Shown here one piece after another: positions 50,725 through 62,961 of a stretch of 64,000 nucleotides of DNA. The notes under the pieces are model-generated. The model saw only the letters and a program-made list of their open reading frames with translations. It was not told where the DNA came from and searched no databases. Source of the DNA: Fidelibacterota bacterium (GTDB taxonomy: Bacteria > Fidelibacterota > UBA8477 > JABMPR01); the NCBI GenBank assembly GCA_016784545.1, contig JADHUM010000003.1, positions 3,983 through 67,982 on the forward strand, written 5' to 3'. Numbering within the stretch: the first letter of the stretch is position 1; each line of letters begins with the position of its first letter. The position numbers and the translations under genes were made by a program.

Positions 50725-50979
50725 TAACTTCTAATTTTTAACTTCTAACTTCTAACTTCTAACTTTTAACTTTTAACTTTTAACTTTTAACTTTTAACTT
50801 TTAACTTTTAACTATTAACTATTAACTATTAACTATTAACTATTAACTATTAACTATTAACTATTAACTATTAACTATTAACTTCTAACTTCTAACTTCT
50901 AACTTCTAACTTCTAACTTCTAACTTCTAACTTCTAACTTCTAACTTTTAACTTTTAACTATTAACTTCTAACTTCTAA
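50725..50979. repeat. Tandem octamer array of about 31 units (AACTTCTA, AACTTTTA and AACTATTA blocks). It is approximately the inverse complement of the 50590-50653 array.
   Basis: Direct reading. Successive homogeneous blocks run 3, 7, 11, 10, 2, 1, 2 units. It ends at the yjbQ stop codon. Confidence 0.9.
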
Positions 50980-50980
50980 A

Positions 50981-51403
50981 TCACTCCCCAATAATTTTCA
51001 CCAGAACACGTTTGTCACGTTTGCCGTCAAATTCACCATAAAAGATCTGTTCCCAGGTGCCAAAATCTAATCGACCCGAGGTAATGGCAACCACTACCTC
51101 TCGGCCCATAATCTGACGTTTGTGGTGGGCATCGCCATTGTCTTCACCTGTACGATTATGATGATAACGCTCTGGACTGGCATCAAAAGGAGCCAACCAC
51201 TCCAGCCAGCGTTTGTAATCTTCCTTCAATCCAGATTCTTCATCGTTGATAAAAACAGAGGCGGTGATATGCATGGCATTTACCAAACAGAGCCCCTCCT
51301 GCACACCACTCTCCTGTACAATGGATACAATATCTCGGGTAATGTTTACAAAACCCATTCGTTCAGGAACATTAAAATGAAGATATTTTGTGGTCGATTT
51401 CAT
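50981..51403 (-). CDS. YjbQ/UPF0047 family protein (secondary thiamine-phosphate synthase).
   Basis: About 140 aa with conserved YjbQ core motifs (HITASV...H). Confidence 0.65.
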   Translation of the reverse strand: MKSTTKYLHFNVPERMGFVNITRDIVSIVQESGVQEGLCLVNAMHITASVFINDEESGLKEDYKRWLEWLAPFDASPERYHHNRTGEDNGDAHHKRQIMGREVVVAITSGRLDFGTWEQIFYGEFDGKRDKRVLVKIIGE

Positions 51404-51411
51404 ACTGTCAC

Positions 51412-53448
51412 CTATTGAACCAGGATAAGACCTGATTGCTCAGCTACCTCAGCTACTTTTTCCGCTGTTCCAAGTCCCTCAACATTTGCATGATTTTCAT
51501 TTGCCAGAATGGTCCAGATACCTGCTGGTAAAGAGAATTTTGATTTTGATTTTTTATCAGCATTGAGTAACACCAGTATCTGATGTTCCCCTGCCATACT
51601 TACACCAAAGGAAAGCTGAGCGGATCCATCCATAAATTTACGATAACCAGTTTCCACATTTCGGATTTCAGGATATGTGTTTCTGATGGAAATCAGGCCA
51701 CGATAGTAATCTACAAGGGGCTGATTGAGTACTTTTTCTTTCCAGTCCAGCCAGTTGGTTTCATCATCTTTCTCATATGAATTGTGGTCAAGTCGTCCGG
51801 CATGCGGATCATTTCCAGCACTATTGGCAATCACCTTCGCGCGACCCCAACTCTGCCCCTGAGCTATCATAACTGGTCCCTGACTGGTCAAAAGATTCAA
51901 AGCACCAAACTTATGAATTGCCAGTTCTTCGCTTGATAATTGAGCGACCTGATCCCTGGTTACAACCTCAGAAGCCCCCACCTTACCAAGAGCCAGGCGA
52001 ATAAAATCACCCATGGTATGATCATCATGACTTTCCAGATAGTTCACACTTTGTGAAGGATCCACAAAATGTCCCCCGTCGCTTTGCAAATAGCCTCGCA
52101 TGAGCTTTTTGTAGTGCTCCTTTTTCTTGCCATCCCAAAGTTTTCCAAAGATAAATCCGACATCATTCTCACGTGGATTGCGTCCCTTCACACTATTGCG
52201 GAAATGATCATTCCATGAAGCCCAGCCATGATCAGCCAACTCCTTTGGGTTGTATCCTCCACCACCCCAGGGTTCACCAATCAGAATAACATCTGGATTG
52301 ACTGATTGAGTAGCTGCAGTAATTGCATCTACCGTTTCCAAATCAATCATGGCAGCCAGATCAAAACGAAAACCATCGATGTGATATTCTTTCATCCAGT
52401 GTAAGAGGCTTTCAACAATCATTTTACGAGACATGATATTCTCGGTTTTAAAATCGTTGCCACATCCACTTTTGGAGAGATAATCGCCCTCTTTATCCAG
52501 TCTGAAGTAGTAGTCTTTATCAATGAGTTTAAAGGGATTATCATCATACTGTGAAACATGATTATAGACCACATCCAGAATGACCGATATACCTTCCTTG
52601 TGAAGAGCCCGCACCATTTCCTTCATCTCGTTGACTGCTCGTCCATCCTCACCGACCCAGGCTCCCCTGTCCTTTACACCGTCTGAACCGTAGTAAATTT
52701 CTGGGGCAAAGAAAAAAGAGGTCATATATCCCCAATGGTTTGCTTCATAGGGGTTCCAATCATTCCAGGTGCTTATTTCTGAATTCTTATAATCGATTTC
52801 TATGTTTCCGAACTCCTGGAGAGGTAAAAATTCGATGGCATTATATCCCATATCTTTCAGATGGGCAATTCCACCCTTCTGGGCGGGTTCAATAAAACCC
52901 TGATAGGTGCCTGGCTTGATAGCTCCCGAACTTGGATGTACTGTCATATCTCTCAGGTGGGCTTCAAGAATTACAAGATCTCCAATCGCTGCTGAGGTAA
53001 CCTCAGCTCCCTGCCAATCAAATTCGTCCCGGGGTAAAATGACCGTTTTGCTGGGATATTTAAAATGATTCTGACGTACCACAGCCTCTGAGTAGGGATC
53101 GGGAATAATTTGCTTATCGCTGGAAGGAGCAGAATAGGCATAAAACTTGGTGAGCTGCTCATGGGGCACGCTGATTTCCCAGACACCATTAGGTTTTTTG
53201 TGCATGGCAAGGTTTTCACCTGTTTCATCGTCGAAATTCTGAAAAAGAACCAGGTTTACCAGGTCTTCTTCCGGTGCGAATAGACGAAAAATCGCCTCAT
53301 CTTGATTTCTGCTTAACCCCAATTTTTCATCAACGGCGGCAATATTTTTACTACTTGATATCATATCTTTTGCTAACTCCGAATTATTACTACAGGCTAC
53401 CATCATAACGAGGGCAACCAAACTCAGGATAATTTTCCTGGGAATCAT
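51412..53448 (-). CDS. GH13-family glycoside hydrolase (pullulanase/amylase-like), lipoprotein.
   Basis: Lipobox MVAC. GH13 conserved regions ([23 protein letters not shown]). The start is taken at MIPRK. Confidence 0.7.
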   Translation of the reverse strand: MIPRKIILSLVALVMMVACSNNSELAKDMISSSKNIAAVDEKLGLSRNQDEAIFRLFAPEEDLVNLVLFQNFDDETGENLAMHKKPNGVWEISVPHEQLTKFYAYSAPSSDKQIIPDPYSEAVVRQNHFKYPSKTVILPRDEFDWQGAEVTSAAIGDLVILEAHLRDMTVHPSSGAIKPGTYQGFIEPAQKGGIAHLKDMGYNAIEFLPLQEFGNIEIDYKNSEISTWNDWNPYEANHWGYMTSFFFAPEIYYGSDGVKDRGAWVGEDGRAVNEMKEMVRALHKEGISVILDVVYNHVSQYDDNPFKLIDKDYYFRLDKEGDYLSKSGCGNDFKTENIMSRKMIVESLLHWMKEYHIDGFRFDLAAMIDLETVDAITAATQSVNPDVILIGEPWGGGGYNPKELADHGWASWNDHFRNSVKGRNPRENDVGFIFGKLWDGKKKEHYKKLMRGYLQSDGGHFVDPSQSVNYLESHDDHTMGDFIRLALGKVGASEVVTRDQVAQLSSEELAIHKFGALNLLTSQGPVMIAQGQSWGRAKVIANSAGNDPHAGRLDHNSYEKDDETNWLDWKEKVLNQPLVDYYRGLISIRNTYPEIRNVETGYRKFMDGSAQLSFGVSMAGEHQILVLLNADKKSKSKFSLPAGIWTILANENHANVEGLGTAEKVAEVAEQSGLILVQ

Positions 53449-53645
53449 ACAAGTACTCCCCTTCTTCTCCAAAAACAATACACGAGCGGCTCGAATTTGA
53501 CTGTTGGCTGACAATTCAACAGTTTTCAAGCAATTGCGGAGAAACATAATGTGAAAGTAGTGATTATAAAGTCATATTCACCGCAGTTATTTGTAACTCT
53601 ATGGGTGATATTCGCTCTAAGAGCAACAACGAAAGAAGGAATAGA

Positions 53646-54140
53646 ATGAAAAAAAATAAAATTATCGCCAGCTCAGCCGCAATCCTCTTTGTGATTTTCG
53701 GTATCTTCATGATTGGGACAACGTCTGTTTCAGCTCAGACTGCTCCAGATTTTACACTCACCGATCTTAATGGACAGAAGGTCTCACTCTCTGACTATAA
53801 AGGTAAGATTATCATTTTAGACTTTTGGGCTACCTGGTGTGGACCCTGTAAGATGGAAATTCCCAGCTTTATAAAACTACAGGATGACTATAAAGATGAT
53901 GTCGTTGTCCTGGGTGTATCTCTGGATCGTGGTGGCGCAAAAGTTGTGGTCCCCTTTGCCGAGAAAATGAACATCAATTACCCCGTAGTATATGGTGATG
54001 GTGGTGTCGTACAAGCCTATGGTGGTGTACGCAGCATTCCTACTACCTTTGTTATCGACAGGGATTTCAATATTCAGCGTAAGTATGTAGGCTATACAGA
54101 TCACAAGGTCTTTGAGAAGGATATCCTGGCTTTCAAGTAA
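53646..54140 (+). CDS. TlpA/ResA-family periplasmic thiol:disulfide oxidoreductase.
   Basis: Signal/TM segment and WATWCGPC. The start is taken at MKKNK, with an AAGGA RBS. Confidence 0.8.
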   Translation: MKKNKIIASSAAILFVIFGIFMIGTTSVSAQTAPDFTLTDLNGQKVSLSDYKGKIIILDFWATWCGPCKMEIPSFIKLQDDYKDDVVVLGVSLDRGGAKVVVPFAEKMNINYPVVYGDGGVVQAYGGVRSIPTTFVIDRDFNIQRKYVGYTDHKVFEKDILAFK

Positions 54141-54215
54141 GGGTTACACAAAATTATTTGCAATAGGCGTAACTGTCGTTTAGTTTCGCCCCGCTAAAGG
54201 ACTGGAGGAAAGACT

Positions 54216-56505
<2,290 letters not shown>

Positions 56506-58008
56506 ATGTTTAAGAAAATTTTGATCGCAAATCGAGGAGAAATTGCCTTAAGAGTCATGCGCACCTGCCGGGAAATGGGGATTGAGGTGGTCGCTGTCTT
56601 TTCTGAAGCGGATCGTACCGCCCCCCACGTGCTTTTTGCTGATGAAGCCTATCACATTGGCCCTTCTCCCTCCACCGAAAGTTATCTCAATTATAAAAAA
56701 ATACTTGAAGTGGCCAGAGATTCCGGTGCAGAAGCCATTCATCCAGGTTATGGCTTTTTATCTGAGAATACAGATTTTGCCAGGGAAGTTTCAGAAGCGG
56801 GTATCGTTTTTATCGGACCCCCGGCTTCTGCCATAAAGATCATGGGTGATAAAACCATGGCGCGGCAAACCATGCTTAAAACGCAGGTGCCAGTCGTGCC
56901 AGGTACAGAAGAGCCAATTGCTGACATCGGCAAGGCCCTGAATATTGCCAAAGAGATCGGTTTCCCCGTGCTTATCAAAGCTGCCGGTGGTGGTGGTGGA
57001 AAAGGCATGCGAATCGTCAATGCTGCTTCTGAATTCGAAGGGGCTGTGGGTAAGGCTGAGCGAGAATCACAATCCGCCTTTGGTGATGGTCGGGTGTATG
57101 TGGAAAAGTATCTGGAAGAACCCCACCATATTGAATTTCAAATTCTGGCTGATACCCATGGAAATACAATCCATTTGAACGAACGTGAATGTTCCATTCA
57201 GAGACGCTACCAGAAGGTGATTGAAGAATCTCCAAGTCCCTTCATCGATGATAATCTCCGATCAAAGATGGGTCAGGCTGCAGTTGAAACTGCTGAGAGC
57301 TGTAAATATGTCGGTGCTGGCACGGTGGAGTTTCTGGTAGACAAACATAGAAATTTTTATTTCTTAGAAATGAACACACGTCTTCAGGTGGAACATCCTG
57401 TGACTGAAATGGTGACTGGAATTGATTTGGTCGCTGAGCAAATCCGCATTGCGGCTGGACTGCCATTATCTGTGAAACAGACTGACATCAGCACGACAGG
57501 TCATGCAATTGAATGTCGCATTTATGCTGAAGATGCTTCTAATGACTTTGCCCCTTCCACAGGAGAAATTGTTATGCTTCAAATACCTGATGGTGCAGGG
57601 ACAAGGTTTGATGGGGCGATCAGACAGGGTCTGGAGATTACGCCATACTATGACCCCATGCTTGGGAAACTGATTTGCTGGGCCAAGGATAGAGATTCAG
57701 CACTTAACCGCAGTGAACGAGCGCTCCGAGAATTTTATATCGGTGGTATTGAAACAACCATTCAGTTTTGCCGCTCAGTAGTGAGACATCCAGTATTCCG
57801 AAAAGGGACGTATGATACTCACTTCTATACCAAATTCAGAGAAGAATTACATGCAGACCTGGCTGCTTCAACTGACGAAGTACTATTGGTTGCAGGTGGT
57901 TCGCTTTTTCATCATCAAAATCAAATCAAGCATAGTTCAAACGCATCAGCTTCAACAACGAAAGCTCGGTCAAACTGGGTCAGTGCGCAGCTGGGGAGAA
58001 ATGATTGA
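56506..58008 (+). CDS. Biotin carboxylase subunit of a biotin-dependent carboxylase (AccC/PccA-like).
   Basis: ATP-grasp with a Gly-rich loop (AAGGGGGKGM) and a biotin carboxylase C-terminal domain. Confidence 0.85.
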   Translation: MFKKILIANRGEIALRVMRTCREMGIEVVAVFSEADRTAPHVLFADEAYHIGPSPSTESYLNYKKILEVARDSGAEAIHPGYGFLSENTDFAREVSEAGIVFIGPPASAIKIMGDKTMARQTMLKTQVPVVPGTEEPIADIGKALNIAKEIGFPVLIKAAGGGGGKGMRIVNAASEFEGAVGKAERESQSAFGDGRVYVEKYLEEPHHIEFQILADTHGNTIHLNERECSIQRRYQKVIEESPSPFIDDNLRSKMGQAAVETAESCKYVGAGTVEFLVDKHRNFYFLEMNTRLQVEHPVTEMVTGIDLVAEQIRIAAGLPLSVKQTDISTTGHAIECRIYAEDASNDFAPSTGEIVMLQIPDGAGTRFDGAIRQGLEITPYYDPMLGKLICWAKDRDSALNRSERALREFYIGGIETTIQFCRSVVRHPVFRKGTYDTHFYTKFREELHADLAASTDEVLLVAGGSLFHHQNQIKHSSNASASTTKARSNWVSAQLGRND

Positions 58009-58508
58009 TGAAGTTCGAAATCAATGCTGGTCAGAGATCCTTAGAAGCCAATTTTAGTATAGAATCCAACGAATTAATCATCATGACGGGTGAAAGAGAA
58101 TTGCGTTTTGAGGCGATACAGGTTCAGCCGGGAGTTTATAGTGTCCTGATGAACAATCGATCATTTGTAGTTGGGGTTTGCCCCAGAGAAGTTAATCGAG
58201 TGAATGTAAATGGAACCCCTATCCATCTGGAACTCCTTGATGCAGTACATCTGCACCTTAGAGAATTAGGCTGGGATTCACTTCAAGATGTCAAAACGGG
58301 CTTGATAAGCGCACAAATTCCTGGTCTGGTGACCAAGATCTTCCATACTGTTGGGGATCAGGTTAAAGCGGGTGATCCTCTTTTCCTGATTGAAGCCATG
58401 AAGATGGAAAATGAGATAAAATCTCCTGTAGGGGGTGTGGTAAAAAGAATTGGTGTTGCTGAAGGGCAAACCGTTGAAAAGGGAACAAACATTATCGAGA
58501 TTGTGTAA
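58005..58508 (+). CDS. Biotin carboxyl carrier protein with an N-terminal extension.
   Basis: The EAMKME biotinylation motif lies in the C-terminal 70 aa. Confidence 0.8.
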   Translation: MMKFEINAGQRSLEANFSIESNELIIMTGERELRFEAIQVQPGVYSVLMNNRSFVVGVCPREVNRVNVNGTPIHLELLDAVHLHLRELGWDSLQDVKTGLISAQIPGLVTKIFHTVGDQVKAGDPLFLIEAMKMENEIKSPVGGVVKRIGVAEGQTVEKGTNIIEIV

Positions 58509-58543
58509 GCCATTCTGATGATAATTAAAATATTGGATACCAA

Positions 58544-59266
58544 ATGTTAGGAAGAATGTTCGGAGCTGGACTTGGGTGGGCTTTTGCAGGACCCATCGGA
58601 GGATTAATTGGATGGTGGTTAGGTGGTCAGGTCGAATCTAATCCCAATATGGGACAACGCATTGGTCCAGGATTTTCGCAACAGACGAAACCAGGCGATT
58701 TTGCCATTGCCATGTTAGTTCTGGTTGCTGCAGTCATGAAGGCAGACGGAAAAGTAGTCAAGGCTGAATTAGAGTATGTAAAGCAGTTCCTCATAAAAAG
58801 TTTTGGCCGCGATAATGCCCAGGAGATGCTTGTCTTATTGAAGAATTTGCTGGAACAAGACTACTTCATCTACGAAATAGCAAATCAGATTAATAGTCAT
58901 ATGAATACTGCTGAAAAACTTCAGCTCATGCATGTTCTATTTGGAATTAGCCAGGCAGATGGTCAGGTCCATGCCAGTGAAGTTGAAATCATTCAGGAAA
59001 TAGGCCAACATTTAAAGCTGAATGCCCGGGATGTTGATGCCATCATGGCTATCTTTGTAAAGGACAATCATTCGTATTATAAAATATTGGAAATTGATCC
59101 TTCCGCTACTGATCAGGAGATAAAAAAAGCCTATCGCTCCATGGCAGCACGGTTTCACCCGGACAAGGTTCAACATCTTGGACCAGAATTCCAGAAAATG
59201 GCTGAAGACAAATTCAAGGCTATCAATGAAGCCTACCAGCAAATCAAGACTGAACGCAGGACTTAG
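58544..59266 (+). CDS. DjlA-like co-chaperone (N-terminal TM, TerB-like middle domain, C-terminal J domain).
   Basis: J domain with HPD (YYKILEIDPSATDQEIKKAYRSMAARFHPDK). An N-terminal glycine-rich TM segment. Confidence 0.65.
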   Translation: MLGRMFGAGLGWAFAGPIGGLIGWWLGGQVESNPNMGQRIGPGFSQQTKPGDFAIAMLVLVAAVMKADGKVVKAELEYVKQFLIKSFGRDNAQEMLVLLKNLLEQDYFIYEIANQINSHMNTAEKLQLMHVLFGISQADGQVHASEVEIIQEIGQHLKLNARDVDAIMAIFVKDNHSYYKILEIDPSATDQEIKKAYRSMAARFHPDKVQHLGPEFQKMAEDKFKAINEAYQQIKTERRT

Positions 59267-59275
59267 AGGTAAGCT

Positions 59276-60775
59276 ATGAGTAGCCAAGGGGAAAAGGCCG
59301 GACAATATCCCTTTACAAAGGGAATTTATGAAGAGATGTATCGCTCCAGAAAATGGACGATGCGGCAATATGCAGGATTTTCCAGCGCTAAAGACTCAAA
59401 TACCAGGTACCGTTATCTGCTAGATCAGGGAACGACTGGTCTTTCAGTCGCTTTCGATTTGCCAACCCAGATTGGATATGATTCTGATGACCCCATCGCC
59501 GAGGGAGAAATTGGGAAGGTTGGGGTACCCATTGACACCCTGGCTGATATGGAAGTTCTTTTCGAAAGCATACCTCTGGACAAGGTATCCACATCCATGA
59601 CCATCAATTCAACTGCTATCATTTTATTGGCCATGTACCAGGTCGTGGCTGAAAAGCAAGGCGTGAACAGCCAACAACTGCGGGGTACCATTCAAAATGA
59701 TGTCCTGAAGGAATATATTGCTCGTGGGACCTACATTTTCCCACCCCAGGCATCTCTGCGGCTTATTACCGATGTTTTTTCATATTGCAATGAACATATC
59801 CCCAACTGGAACACGATCTCTATCTCAGGCTACCACATCCGTGAAGCTGGTTCCACAGCAGCCCAAGAACTGGCATTTACCTTTTCCAATGGGATTGCTT
59901 ATGTGGAGGCTGCCATTGCAGCAGGCTTGGATGTCAATGAGTTTGGGGCCAGACTATCATTTTTCTGGAACGCGCATAATGATCTGATGGAAGAAGTAGC
60001 CAAGTTCCGTGCATCTCGTCGTATCTGGGCAAAAATTATGAAGGAGCGTTTTGGAGCCACCAATCCGAAAGCCATGATGTGCCGTTTTCATACCCAAACG
60101 GGGGGGTCAACACTTACAGCTCAACAGATTGATAATAATGTGGTCCGTGTCACCCTTCAGGCCTTGGCAGCGGTGTTGGGCGGTACTCAGTCATTGCATA
60201 CAAATTCACGGGACGAAGCCCTGGCCCTGCCAACTGAGGAGTCAGCAAGATTGGCTCTGAGAACACAACAAATTGTTGGATTTGAGAGTGGCATTACCAA
60301 CTATGTTGATCCACTGGCCGGCTCAGAAGTTATTGAAACCTTAACCAATGGTCTGGAAGAGGATGTCTTCGAATATATTAAGAAGGTTGATGAATTAGGT
60401 GGTGCCGTGAAAGCCATCGAATTGGGATATTTTCAGAATGAAATTGGCAACAGCGCCTATCAATATCAGCAGGATATTGAGCAGGGAGAACGTGTTGTGG
60501 TTGGGCAAAACAAATTCGTCGATGAGGAGGATATTCAACCTGACATCTTGAAACTAGCAGCCAAAGCTGCCCAGGAACAATTAAAGGATTTACGTTCAGT
60601 CAAAGCTGCTCGTGATAACGATGCTCTCAAGAAATCTCTCTCTGAGCTGAAAACTGCTGCTCAGCACAAGGATACAAACCTGTATCCATTTATTTTGTCA
60701 GCTGTGCGCGAGTATGCGTCTGTTGGCGAAATTTCCAATACCCTCAGGTCTGTCTTTGGTGAATATCAGGGGTAA
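59276..60775 (+). CDS. Methylmalonyl-CoA mutase family, catalytic (alpha/N-terminal) subunit, without a B12-binding domain.
   Basis: The N-terminus matches the MCM substrate-binding barrel (YPFTKGIY...[42 protein letters not shown]). 499 aa, with no C-terminal cobalamin domain. Confidence 0.75.
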   Translation: MSSQGEKAGQYPFTKGIYEEMYRSRKWTMRQYAGFSSAKDSNTRYRYLLDQGTTGLSVAFDLPTQIGYDSDDPIAEGEIGKVGVPIDTLADMEVLFESIPLDKVSTSMTINSTAIILLAMYQVVAEKQGVNSQQLRGTIQNDVLKEYIARGTYIFPPQASLRLITDVFSYCNEHIPNWNTISISGYHIREAGSTAAQELAFTFSNGIAYVEAAIAAGLDVNEFGARLSFFWNAHNDLMEEVAKFRASRRIWAKIMKERFGATNPKAMMCRFHTQTGGSTLTAQQIDNNVVRVTLQALAAVLGGTQSLHTNSRDEALALPTEESARLALRTQQIVGFESGITNYVDPLAGSEVIETLTNGLEEDVFEYIKKVDELGGAVKAIELGYFQNEIGNSAYQYQQDIEQGERVVVGQNKFVDEEDIQPDILKLAAKAAQEQLKDLRSVKAARDNDALKKSLSELKTAAQHKDTNLYPFILSAVREYASVGEISNTLRSVFGEYQG

Positions 60776-60806
60776 GGACCAACCGTCCAAAACCAGATCA
60801 CAATAT

Positions 60807-61562
60807 ATGACTTCCCACCCTGATCTTGATAAAACCATTTTTCTTGATACGGTTGATTCCACCAATCTTGAGTTAAAAAGGCGACGTCAGGAATTTCAGG
60901 GTTCCAACGTTTTAATGGTGAGTGATGCACAGTCACAAGGTAAGGGCCAGAAGGGGCGGAGATGGGAATCAGCTGCTGGTTTGGGTCTGTGGATGTCACT
61001 TTATCTTGGCCGCCAGACTTCACTTTCCCACAACATCCAGTTGCTATCCATTTTCACAGGTACCATTGTGCATGACATCATCTCACCCCTCATTCCTGAT
61101 ATCGTTTACCTGAAATGGCCCAATGACATCATAATCAATTCAAAGAAGTGTGGAGGTATCCTTACGGAGCTTCAATGGCAAGGAGACGCTATTGTGTCTG
61201 CCATCATCGGGATGGGAATAAACCTGAGCCATGGCAAAGATGATTTTACCCCTTCTATCCAGAGGCAGGCTACCTCCCTCAAACTAGAGGGAGTGGAAAA
61301 CCTGGATAGATCTAACTTAATCGATACTTTTGTGAATTCATTTTTTGGAAATTTGTCTGCTCTGGATGATGGAGACCAATTGGCTAGCGAGTGGAATAAA
61401 AATGCATACCGAATGAACCAATCCGTCCTGTTGGAATCTCCTCAGGGGAAATTTGAAGGGCATTTCTCAGGAATTAACAGCAGGGGTGATGCACTGATCG
61501 TTATTGAGGGAAAACTGAAAGCCTTCCAAACCGGTGAAATACGACTTACTGAATCGCTTTAG
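60807..61562 (+). CDS. birA: Biotin-[acetyl-CoA-carboxylase] ligase (BirA, catalytic type without HTH).
   Basis: GQKGRRWES biotin-binding loop. The start is taken at MTSHPD. Confidence 0.75.
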   Translation: MTSHPDLDKTIFLDTVDSTNLELKRRRQEFQGSNVLMVSDAQSQGKGQKGRRWESAAGLGLWMSLYLGRQTSLSHNIQLLSIFTGTIVHDIISPLIPDIVYLKWPNDIIINSKKCGGILTELQWQGDAIVSAIIGMGINLSHGKDDFTPSIQRQATSLKLEGVENLDRSNLIDTFVNSFFGNLSALDDGDQLASEWNKNAYRMNQSVLLESPQGKFEGHFSGINSRGDALIVIEGKLKAFQTGEIRLTESL

Positions 61563-62515
61563 GATAAATTGAGTGCTGTTGCGACCTGTTTAACCAGACG
61601 AACATCCTGCATGACGTAAAAATGAAGACATTCCACACCATTATTTAGCAAATCTTCGCATTGTTCAACTGCGTGCTTGATGCCAATTTCAGCTCTTTCA
61701 TGAGAGGTCTCCGCCAACTCAAGACTTGTTACCAAATCATCAGGAATAGTTACGGAAAACGCGTGAGGCAGTGAGCGAAGTTGGGTCTGACGTGTTATCA
61801 GCTTTATGCCTGGTATAATAGGAACTGTGATGCCCTCTGCTCTGCACTGAGCAACAAAATCATAGTAATCTTGATTGTTGAAAAACATCTGAGTGACAAT
61901 GTACTGAGCACCAGCATCAACCTTCCTTTTTAAGTATCGTATATCTGCATTTTTGCTGGGGGCATCTGGGTGTTTCTCCGGGTAAGCCCCTACACCAATG
62001 CAGAAATCTGATTCATCAGCATCGAGGATATCTTCCAGATATTTGCCACGATTCATATTACTAATCTGTTTTACCAGATCCAGTGCATGCTCATTTGCCT
62101 CTCGTCCAATGGGATGGGCTTTTTGATATAGCAATTGATCACCACGAATAGCCAACACATTATCAATCCCCAGATAATTCAATTCTATCAAGGCATCTTC
62201 TGTTTCTTGTTTGGTAAATCCCTGGCAGAGGAGATGAGGAACCGCTTCCAGTTGATAACGATATTTAATGGCGGCACACAAACCAATGGTTCCAGGTCGT
62301 TTTCGCTTGATGTGCCGTGTAAAGGTGCCATTATCCTGCTCAATAAAATATGAATCTGCTGCATGGCTGGTCACATCAATAAAGGGGGGGTTGAATTCGA
62401 TCAGTTCATCAATGATCTCATAGATTTCACGTGCACTTCTACCTCTGGCAGGGGGAATAATTTCGAAACTTAAAAAGGGGTCTTTTCTCTCCTGGAGGAT
62501 ATCATTAATTTTCAT
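61559..62515 (-). CDS. metF: Methylenetetrahydrofolate reductase.
   Basis: The N-terminal FSFEIIPP region and overall length match MTHFR. Confidence 0.6.
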   Translation of the reverse strand: MKINDILQERKDPFLSFEIIPPARGRSAREIYEIIDELIEFNPPFIDVTSHAADSYFIEQDNGTFTRHIKRKRPGTIGLCAAIKYRYQLEAVPHLLCQGFTKQETEDALIELNYLGIDNVLAIRGDQLLYQKAHPIGREANEHALDLVKQISNMNRGKYLEDILDADESDFCIGVGAYPEKHPDAPSKNADIRYLKRKVDAGAQYIVTQMFFNNQDYYDFVAQCRAEGITVPIIPGIKLITRQTQLRSLPHAFSVTIPDDLVTSLELAETSHERAEIGIKHAVEQCEDLLNNGVECLHFYVMQDVRLVKQVATALNLS

Positions 62516-62579
62516 TCTATATAATAGATATTTTTTTACTAGATAGTATGGATTTGTTCGTGTGGTGCAGGAAGGATAT

Positions 62580-62951
62580 CTATTTTAGGTATCTTTCCAA
62601 TAATGCTTTCAACTGATCAATGGTGTAGGGCTTGGACATATAATCCGAGAAACCTGCCTCATCAAAGGATTCCAACTTGTCCTTGGTAAACGCAGTAACA
62701 GCCACCATGGGCACTTGGCCAAAGCGACCCTCATTTTTTAATTTTGCTCCCAGCTCCAGTCCATTAATACCTGGTCCCAGAGCAATATCCAGAAGAAAAA
62801 TATCTGCGGATTTATCTTTCATCAACTCAAGAGCTTCTTCCCCAGTTTCAGCAGCAATGGACCCATACTCAAGCTTTCTAAGAAGTAATAAAAGATACTG
62901 TCTCGAAGCGAAATCATCTTCAACAACCAATACTGTCATTTGTTCACCCAT
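62580..62951 (-). CDS. Single-domain response regulator (CheY-like receiver).
   Basis: Receiver motifs: an N-terminal DD pair, the phospho-acceptor D in FLLDIALPG, and a conserved K near the C-terminus. Confidence 0.8.
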   Translation of the reverse strand: MGEQMTVLVVEDDFASRQYLLLLLRKLEYGSIAAETGEEALELMKDKSADIFLLDIALGPGINGLELGAKLKNEGRFGQVPMVAVTAFTKDKLESFDEAGFSDYMSKPYTIDQLKALLERYLK

Positions 62952-62961
62952 TCGTCAATGT

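Noticed and set aside
50590-50979. Possible CRISPR array, because of regular short direct repeats.
   Set aside because: Units are 8 bp with no unique spacers between them. This is a microsatellite-type tandem array, not repeat-spacer architecture, and no cas genes are nearby.
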